Shown here piece by piece: positions 56,088-64,000 of a stretch of 64,000 bases of DNA. The translations under genes and the position numbers were made by a program. Source of the stretch: Ptychomitrium polyphyllum (lineage: Eukaryota). The stretch is taken from the NCBI GenBank assembly GCA_973851085.1, contig OZ316775.1, positions 14,880,001 to 14,944,000 of the forward strand, read 5' to 3'. Each line of letters opens with the position of its first letter. Position 1 is the first letter of the stretch. Below the pieces are notes generated by a model. That model saw only the letters and a list, made by a program, of their open reading frames with translations. It did no database searches and was not told where the DNA came from.

Positions 56088-58542
56088 TCACACCAAGGAC
56101 GGAATCAACTTTATAAAAATGAAGGTATAAATTACGGACAACAAAGCTCCAACTGGAATGGTCACCATCCACGAGGCCACAATTTCCTTAACCACGTCAC
56201 CTCGGACACTATTCAGACCCCGTGCAAAACCGACACCCATGACAGCACCCACTAATGTGTGAGTAGCAGAGATGGGCAGACCTAACCGAGAAGCCAGAAC
56301 CACCACCGTGGCTGCAGCGAATTCTGCAGCAAAGCCTCGAGTGGGTGTCAACTCTGTAATCTTTTGACCTATGGTTGCAATCACCCTGTATCCCCACACA
56401 AGCAACCCGGCCACAATACCAAATCCACCCCAAGCTAGCACATCAATGGGCATACTTGGTGCGCCGCCACTGGCAACACCAGAGTTGTGCAGAATGGCCA
56501 AAGCTGCAGATATAGGTCCAATGGCATTGGCAACGTCGTTGGCTCCATGTGCAAATGACATGAAGCATGCTGACAATACTTGCAGGTATCCAAACACACT
56601 GTAGACAATCTTCAGTTGGGTGCCCTTAGGACCTTCAATTCCCATGGCTGGCTTCCTCTTCGGCTCCTCTTCGGCTGGGAGCTCACAATAGGCTCCAAGC
56701 AACTTCCCCAGCTGGCGACGGATTACAACGTTTATGATAAGGGCTCCAAACAATCCAAGGCCTAAAGCCTTGCTCCCTGCCACTAGAGCGCCTCCTTGTG
56801 TAGGGAACACGGTGAAGGAGAGAGCGGCTACTCCCACAAACACTGCTAATGGCGCAGCTGTGGCTGCTGCTTGGCCAGGATTCGGTGCACTGTAGACAAA
56901 CTGATTGGATTCACCAGAAGAAAGCTCATCAGAATTTGTCTCATCCCAGTCAGTTTTTGTGAATGAGAACAAGATACAGATATTGTGTAATCTAAAGAAT
57001 GTGCAATAGCAGAGTTCATTCCTCTTTAGCTAATATAAGAGTAATACCAAACGCAACAAGTGAAAATTGCTTTGCAAAGGATCTTATTCTATTGTTGGAT
57101 TGACAGCACTAGAGTGATTCAAAAGAGATGTATGAATGGAATGTAGCAGTAATGGAAGCGTACCCTTCGAATGCACTTATACACCAAGAATGAGACTAAA
57201 GCACCTAAAAGTGGCGACACAACCCACGATGACACGACTCGAAACAGTGACTTCCAGTAGACAGCTCCAATCCCGCCATATACAAGGCCAAAGCCCACCA
57301 TTGCCCCGATGATGCAGTGTGTGGTTGATACCGGCCAACCAAAGTAAGAAGCAACCTGCACGACATTCCCACTCGATAATGACCCAGTAGTCTAACTTGT
57401 ATCGTACACAAACATGTCGATACAACACGTGCAACCAACTTTCATTTTAATGATTCCCACTTCGAGGTATAATTTTACAAGAAATCAGTTGAGAACCGAG
57501 ACCTGAGAAGTGTGTATTCTTACTGAGGACCACAATTCTACAAACTAAGCAACACAGAGTTACTGAGGTCTAGAAGCTACAATAAACTCCTGTCAAAGTG
57601 AGTATTGAAGTTGACATAATGTCCCTTAAAAGTCGTTTTAATAACAGACATCACGTGGTCTATATTATCATTTCAAAAGTACAAAAATGAGGTGACAAAA
57701 TTTGAGCCGATGAAGTTAGGACCGCTTGCTTAAAAGAACTGCTTATCATTTAAGCTATTCTCAAACTATAAGTATGCGCTCACCTGAAGCCAAGTGCCAG
57801 CCGCTCCAAGCGAAGAGAGCATCCCACAAAAGAGTAAGGTCTCCTTCCCAGCAAAGACGTTTGCTGACAATATACCAGATTGCATAGTATGGCTCACGTG
57901 GGAACCAACCATAAAGGCCCCTGAGAATTCCAAAATTGCTGCTGTCAACACCGCTTGCCGCAAAGTCAAGGCACCAGAGCCCACTGAAGTGCCCATAGCA
58001 TTAGCAACGTCGTTAGCACCGATGTTCCAAGCCATGTAGAAACCTAGTAGTAGTGTCAAGTAGGATAGCCCCCGAATTTTGCGAGCCATCCCTAGTCCAG
58101 AGGATGGCATGTACAAAGGCAGCACCAAAGCTAAGAGGGCGATACCAGCCGTGATTCCAAATGCAGTTCGAGGTGAGATGTCAAAAGCCTCAGCCATGCC
58201 CTTCATTCCAGCATTCTTTGACCCCCCCTTCACTGAATTCTCTTTCTGCAGCTCAATGGCAGATCCAAAATCTCCAGGGAGGTCTCCAGCCCCTGCATCT
58301 GCAGCAGATGCCCTGCACCCCAGGGCTCGCCAAGGTCTGATAGTACCCAGGTCAGGCTTTCTGATGCCATGATTATTCAATTGAATTTGATTTGGCGTAA
58401 CGGATGTATCCTTCCGGTGCTTTTGCACATCAAAAAATGAAACCCTAAAACCGTGTATACCAGTCCGGACGATGCGCAAATGTGGACTTTTTACAGCATT
58501 TTCAAGAGTGAGGGCTTGCCCCAATCTAGTCATGCTCCCCAT
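56088..58542 (-). CDS. PHT2;1: Inorganic phosphate transporter 2;1 (PiT/PHO4 family, plastid-targeted); exons 58542-57784, 57355-57164 and 56900-56088, 587 aa
   Basis: Two PiT signature motifs ([18 protein letters not shown] and [13 protein letters not shown]), [12 protein letters not shown] and [18 protein letters not shown]. Transit-peptide-like N-terminus. Phase-0 GT-AG introns. Confidence 0.95.
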
Positions 58543-59607
58543 GGCTGCTCTTTCTTGCTCCCCAGTGTCCAAGTCTTTCTCAAGTCAGCCAACTAGGCCT
58601 GGAATTTGCCTCTTAAATTCTAAAATTTGTGTCTACATGTGTAATGCTTATGACAATTCAAGGACACATGCATTTCCGCACTGCCTGGTCTTCAACTTCA
58701 GCCCAGCTCCTAGAACTCCCTGCACGTACAAACAGTACTGAGAATTTATTTGGCATACAAGAATCACATGGTCTTGTATTCAAATGAAATGTCAAAAAAC
58801 ACAACAGTCAGCAAGCTATGGATAAAGATATCCTGTGGTTCGAGATGTAGGATGAGAAGGCCAATCTAAACCTGGGTAGATTATCTACTTCAATACTAGA
58901 TTTCCAAAGTGCAGGTCGTTCAAGGAGTCCGACCTGCATGCCTCACCATATCAAGGTGTTCATTCACCACACTTCTGCAAGACTTACCTAAACCCGTCCA
59001 GCTCGTACCACTGCATAACAATCGCAGAGACATGCGTAAAAAGATAAAAATTATGACTTAACAGCTCAAGTGAAACTGAAACAATAAGATTTACATAAGA
59101 AAATAACTGAAACAATGATCAATATGATGGGGGATACAGTTCCGAGCGTGCTTCGAACAAACTAAAAAAATGCAGGACTTCACTCGTATTTACCTGCAGG
59201 CTTGAAACAAAAATTATATTTACAACCAAGTTCATCCCACTTTGAGCTTAGAGTACACAACAGCTCAGTTCTAATATTCTGTGCTAACCCTAAACTAGCG
59301 GATACGTAGGAATTGGACATCGAACATCATTGGAAAGGGTCAATGAGGATCAATATTCAGTTTCCAGATTCCAATCCACGTCCTATCGGCTGAACCAGTT
59401 CAAAGAGGAGAGCATTGCCATTGGGCTGGGAGAGACACAATTAGTTGGAGAGACACAACTTCCCAAAACTAAAAGTCAAAATAAACAGAAAATCTTCAAT
59501 TTGGGTAACCAACACTGCGTGACCCATTGCATCTCACAAAAGGGAGATGTAATGAGATTAGAGATAGCCCTAATGACAACACACTTCGCACATTAAATTG
59601 TAACCTT

Positions 59608-59712
59608 CACCAATTCTAAGTTCTCGAATGTGAAGACATTGCCTAACTTGCTTGTCAGTACTTTAAAGTGAATCTAGGCAATGTCTTCACATTCGAGAAC
59701 TCAGAATTGGTG
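59608..59712. repeat. Near-perfect inverted repeat (39-bp arms, 1 mismatch) upstream of the PHT2;1 CDS
   Basis: TCACCAATTCTAAGTTCTCGAATGTGAAGACATTGCCTA ... TAGGCAATGTCTTCACATTCGAGAACTCAGAATTGGTGA. Confidence 0.92.
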
Positions 59713-60356
59713 ACGTCATGACGGTTTGAGAGCACAAATAAAAAAGCCACTCATAAATATGGAGCTCGAAGTTTGCGACTAAACTACCCTATATCGGAGC
59801 TACGCATCACTGCGAAATGGATAACAGTATATCAAACCGGAATCAAGATCAACTTCAAGCAAAAAGAAGCAGCAAAAGAAGTTCCCCTTGAACATTTCTC
59901 ACCACAAACAATATTTCTTAGCCCAACCAAGAAAGCTGCCAATACAGAAATCATGCTTCTACGAAAGGCAATAGCTGCTCCAGCTGTATGGCCTTCCCAC
60001 AGAAAACTAGGGTAGGGACTCTCAATCTCAAGGAGACACTGCCACACAGCTTAGGTCAACCCATATTCCTGACCCTCCAACAACAAAACCGCCTAGCTCC
60101 CTCCCTACAACGCGTGGATGCCACAATGCAAACATGCACAATCTCCCATAATCAGCGCTATCGTTGATCCGACACCCTTGATAATTACTTCTCCTCTACC
60201 TCTTTAGAAAAATAAATCGCATGAAATCATTGCACACAATGAACCAACAATAGAAACCAGTGCAGAAAATGCCAATGCCATTCCCTCTCCCTTCTGAGCT
60301 TCATCAATCGACCCAAAGGTAATCCAAAGCCCCCACCCCACCCTCACAAAACCAAC

Positions 60357-60685
60357 CCAGGTCACAAAACTTGCTCTGCTTTGGTACCTACATCGGCACA
60401 GAACGCCAGTCCGACCATGCAGTCACTCGGACCAAGGTACCAACTTTCCCCTGGTCATTGTAAAAGTGGCAACTTGGGCAGGGAGGTGATGCTTCGCAAG
60501 GATAGAGAAGAAGACGTGGTGAGTGTTCCAGGTCACAAACTTCGCTGCTTTGGCACCCACATCGGCACAGCATGCCAGTCCGACCATTCAATCACCCATT
60601 TGCAGAGAACCAACTATCCCTGGTCGATGCAAAAGTGGCACCTTGCGTAGGAGAATGACTTGCAAGGACAGAGGAGGTGATGACT
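60357..60685 (-). repeat. Diverged ~171-bp tandem duplication in the probable first, non-coding exon of PHT2;1, containing paired uORFs
   Basis: Copies start at 60357 and 60528. Minus-strand ORFs 60587-60423 (MVGLACCADVGAKA...) and 60418-60362 (MVGLAFCADVGTKAEQVL*). A possible GT donor lies immediately after 60357. Confidence 0.75.
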
Positions 60686-62639
60686 GTGTACCATGTCCAG
60701 ATGAAGTGAGGGAAGGATCCGTGGTGGTGGTGATGAGCCTGCTTTCTTGCTCTCTTGTCTGTCGAGGCAGGTAGAAAGGAAGGGGGCGAAGAGGGGGCAG
60801 CCAAAGGCAGTGGGACGTTGCGATGGAAAAGAGAAAGAGCAGCGTTGGAGAATCCGGCAGCGCCTGCAAAAGGTGATAAGGTTCCTCTTGGCTCTGCCAT
60901 TGGCTCTCTCCCACTGCCGGTCTACCACGCCCCCTTGCCCATCATGATGCTCCTCATGACAGCATTCGCAGTCACAGTAGGCCCTATGGCTGTGGCTCCT
61001 TTATCTTCGATGACCATCTTTCAACCAAGGTTCGAATCTTCCGTTGCACATTCATGACGTCTTGGGATCTTTGAATACATAATATCAATAACAGTTGCAG
61101 CTTGAACTATCGAAAATGAATTGCATAGATGGAAATGCCTTGGATTTCACAGATTTAAGATTGTTTGTTGAAGCTTTCACGTTCAAAACAATCTCTTCAT
61201 TAGATAAAGGCGATAAGAATAATGTATGGTTAGAATCTTTAATGATATATAAGAGTGCCTCACCCGGTTGGAAGGAATCCAGACACTGAGCTTATGGTTT
61301 GATCTGTTTACACGAAGTGTTTTTACTAAGCGTTGGCTTTTATTTGTTTTTATCGTTTTGGAAGTTGCGTGCATGTATCATGGTGAATATTCCACGGGAG
61401 GTGATGTAACATCGTCGTCATTCAACGATTTCATGCCAGAACCTTCTTCATCCAGTAATCTCTCTGAATTCAGTAGTGAACACACCAATCACCGAAGTTG
61501 ACTGTGCAGAACACTGACTTGTCTCACGTAAGATTACAGTGGACAGTGAAAACCAATTATCAATAAGGTACTTCAGGGAACATCTTCAGAATTCACAAAA
61601 TTCGATATAGCTGCATCATCATCTGCTGTGGACACAGGGTAGCTGGCCTGAAGTGTTGGAAGGGAGCCATTATTGAGTGTGCAATATAGGAATTCATCCA
61701 CAGTTCGAGAAAAGAGAGATTTCACCTGTTAGTATAACTTGCTGTAGCAAGTAAAGGTCAATCTAAAAGCTGGCTTCCAACATTGACAAGGTGGGGGAGG
61801 ATTCATATCCTGAGTAGATGACCATCTTGCAACTTTCTGGTCTGATAGCATTTGTTGCACATCCTGCAGACGACCTACAGTGTCAGCGAGCATTGTTCAA
61901 AGTTGTCGGTTGCAAGTGTTGTGCAAATGGTTGATCACGTTTTTGAAACACTAGAAGTATTTTCAGATTGGGATAAGAAATTCCGAAAAAAATTTGGAAC
62001 TAATTGTGAACAGGGATTAGAGAATTGGTAAAAACTTGTATACTAGTTTTACAGATAACTATATCTGAGAGATCAAATGATAGTGTCGAAGAGTTTAAAG
62101 TTTTTAGAGTTTAAAAGTTTAAAGTTTGGACAGAAAAGTATTTTGGAAAAGTAGACGCTATCATGTGAAAATTGTTCGTCCATATTTTTGCCATTGCTGC
62201 AGGTTAAAGTTTAAACGCTAACTCAGCATGTGATTTAGACAAACATTTTTTCCAATCGTTTAGAAGCTTGCCATCGGCCTTAAAAGATAGGTAGGAACGA
62301 ATAAATCGACGAGTTGTTCAACCTTGATGCAGATTAACATTACCACGTAGAAGAAGGTAAACAAGCTGAATCATGACAACATACTCGATAATAGCTTATC
62401 TTCATTCACATAAGTACATTTGTACAACATTGCAGATGATGCCATAACAACTGTACCAAGTTATAAGCATTCGAGCTACCAGCTGCTAATGAAAATTTTA
62501 AAAGGCTGCTGGAATATTCTATCCTAGAACTGATGACCAAAAGTATAGTTACTCCTGTAATTCACATAAAACACAATTTCCAGCCACAATAGTACGATCT
62601 TTCGCCATTTCTGTGCAAATTGTTCTAGTAATCAGTAGA

Positions 62640-63222
62640 TCACTTAGCAACGTTGGAAAGCTCGGACTTAGTCTTGTACTTGGCTTCATCAATCTCGATG
62701 CCCTTCTCTCTGGCAGCTTCTTCTCCGGACATGTCCTTTCTGGCCAACCCCCCTTTGCGCCCCATCTCTTGGTACCCTTCCCGCCCCATTTGCGCCGCAC
62801 GAGCGTGCCCTCCCTTTCTGCCCCCTTCCACAATCCGCTCCTGCAACCAACAACCAAGAAACATTTCCAAAACATAAGATGATTCAGACAGCCTCAAATA
62901 CATCACAGAAGATGTACGTTACCAGAAAATCTAAAAACAAAAAAACAAAGATACTGCATTACATACCAGTATGTATTTTCACACATTTACACACACATTC
63001 CACATAAATAGGACACAAATGCTTAGAGCACTCATCAGTATCATGTGAAAAGTATACCTGGGCTTCTTTGGACAAGCCTCCTTTGGCATGGACATCCTCC
63101 TCGGACGGCTCCGAGTGCTGGCCATCACCCCGGGTTAATCCTCCTTTGGTGCCACCATATTTGACCCGAAACTGCGCCTCATCCGACATCGGCCCCTCGT
63201 CCTCGTGATGAGTTGGTGCCAT
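62640..63222 (-). CDS. Em-like group 1 LEA protein (LEA_5, small hydrophilic seed protein family); exons 63222-63058 and 62840-62640, 121 aa
   Basis: The spliced product contains EAQ|ERIVEGGRKGGHARAAQMGREGYQEMGRKGGL...GIEIDEAKYKTK, with the canonical Em 20-mer and C-terminus. Phase-0 GT-AG intron. Confidence 0.92.
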
Positions 63223-63384
63223 GGTGAAAATGATCACTCAAAACTCAACGATCTCAAAAATCCTACACTACTGTCACAAACCTCGATGACCACTCAACAG
63301 AAGATTCTAAGACGAACTCCTGTTTAAAGTGCACAAAAAACTTGCAATGAAAGCTTGATGTGAGAAAGCAGAGTAGGGTGGTAA

Positions 63385-63550
63385 GCTTTATATTGGAAGC
63401 GGAACGTACGTCTGGTGTGTGCAGAATTGGGGCAGCATTAGCAACAGACAGAGGCGTGGCGGCAGGAAGAGCGCGAGGGAGACGTCGAGAGCGTCTGCAG
63501 AAACCAAGTGTTGGCCACTGGGAAGGAGGATTAGCGCACGGCCACGTGGT
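63385..63550 (-). promoter_or_regulatory. Em/LEA promoter: TATA-like box and ABRE/G-box cluster
   Basis: TATAAA on the minus strand at ~63387-63392, ACGTACGT at ~63403, GCGTGGC at ~63454, GACGTC at 63481 and palindromic CCACGTGG at 63542-63549. ABRE control of Em genes is established knowledge. Confidence 0.6.
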
Positions 63551-64000
63551 AATCAGCAGTAATTAGCACTAACCTCGATCGTGTGAAGCTTGATTGAATA
63601 TGACGGCCGGGTCAGTGCAACCAACACCTGGTGCTTCTGCACAATGCCACCAAACCCTAGTTGAAGAATGGAGTCTTCAATCTTCACTATAGATGCACCA
63701 TGCTAGTTCAGATCACTGATCATGGTTTCCCATCGATCAGGGACATGGTGCGTTTTGAGGTGAAGTTCATGAGCTCATAATATAACCTAGTGCTCTGGTG
63801 GGGCACTCTTCACAAAAATCAATTGCTAGTGTTTTCACGTTTTAATGAGCATCGCATTGTGCTCACTTACTCGGTCCTACCAGCAATAAAATTTGGCATT
63901 CTATACCTTCAAACCAAAAAAGTTAAGCGAAATCCTCCTGGATCATTCCAATCATTGTGCACTGGCGGAACCTAGACGTACTCAAGCTTTGCACAAAGGC

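Noticed and set aside
57766..58572. ORF-track start (58572) for PHT2;1; likewise 40870 for DUF1442
   Set aside because: 58572 is a TTG, and the first ATG is 58542. The DUF1442 ATG at 40870 lies in the intron; the real start is 40551.
60357..60685. TPP riboswitch or hammerhead ribozyme
   Set aside because: The conserved cores (CUGAGA...CCUGAU for TPP; CUGANGA...GAAA for hammerhead) are absent on both strands.
60950..61900. Possible decayed coding sequence between PHT2;1 and the Em gene
   Set aside because: No sustained frame, splice pattern or recognisable motif.
63068..63152. Two miR399-like / IPS1-like sequences (CTCCTTTGGCA, CTCCTTTGGTG) near a phosphate transporter
   Set aside because: They are the xKGG codons of the Em/LEA exon on the minus strand; there is no precursor hairpin, so the match is probably coincidental.

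Overview
Eukaryotic, intron-rich land-plant genomic DNA; the gene content and style suggest a bryophyte or other non-seed plant (inference). Five apparently intact genes can be spliced together by eye: a 21-exon glycine-rich membrane protein of the At4g32920/At5g11700 family (+, 10472-18906), a multi-exon protein with a C-terminal RING finger (-, 26837-30521), a 2-exon DUF1442 protein (+, 40551-41502), the plastid phosphate transporter PHT2;1 (-, 56088-58542) and an Em/group-1 LEA gene (-, 62640-63222). There are also two pseudogenes (F-box, OPR/Old Yellow Enzyme). AT-rich intergenic blocks hold decayed transposons, including a LINE endonuclease relic at the left end. The most unusual item is a ~5.7 kb element bounded by inverted repeats (20240-25892). 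It carries a decayed, intron-containing gene with motifs in the order of a bacterial-type beta-class N4/N6 DNA methyltransferase and is interrupted by a solo LTR. A second item of interest is a ~171-bp tandem duplication in the probable PHT2;1 leader that preserves a short uORF peptide and part of a fold-back structure. All assignments are by-eye motif recognition; no searches were run.
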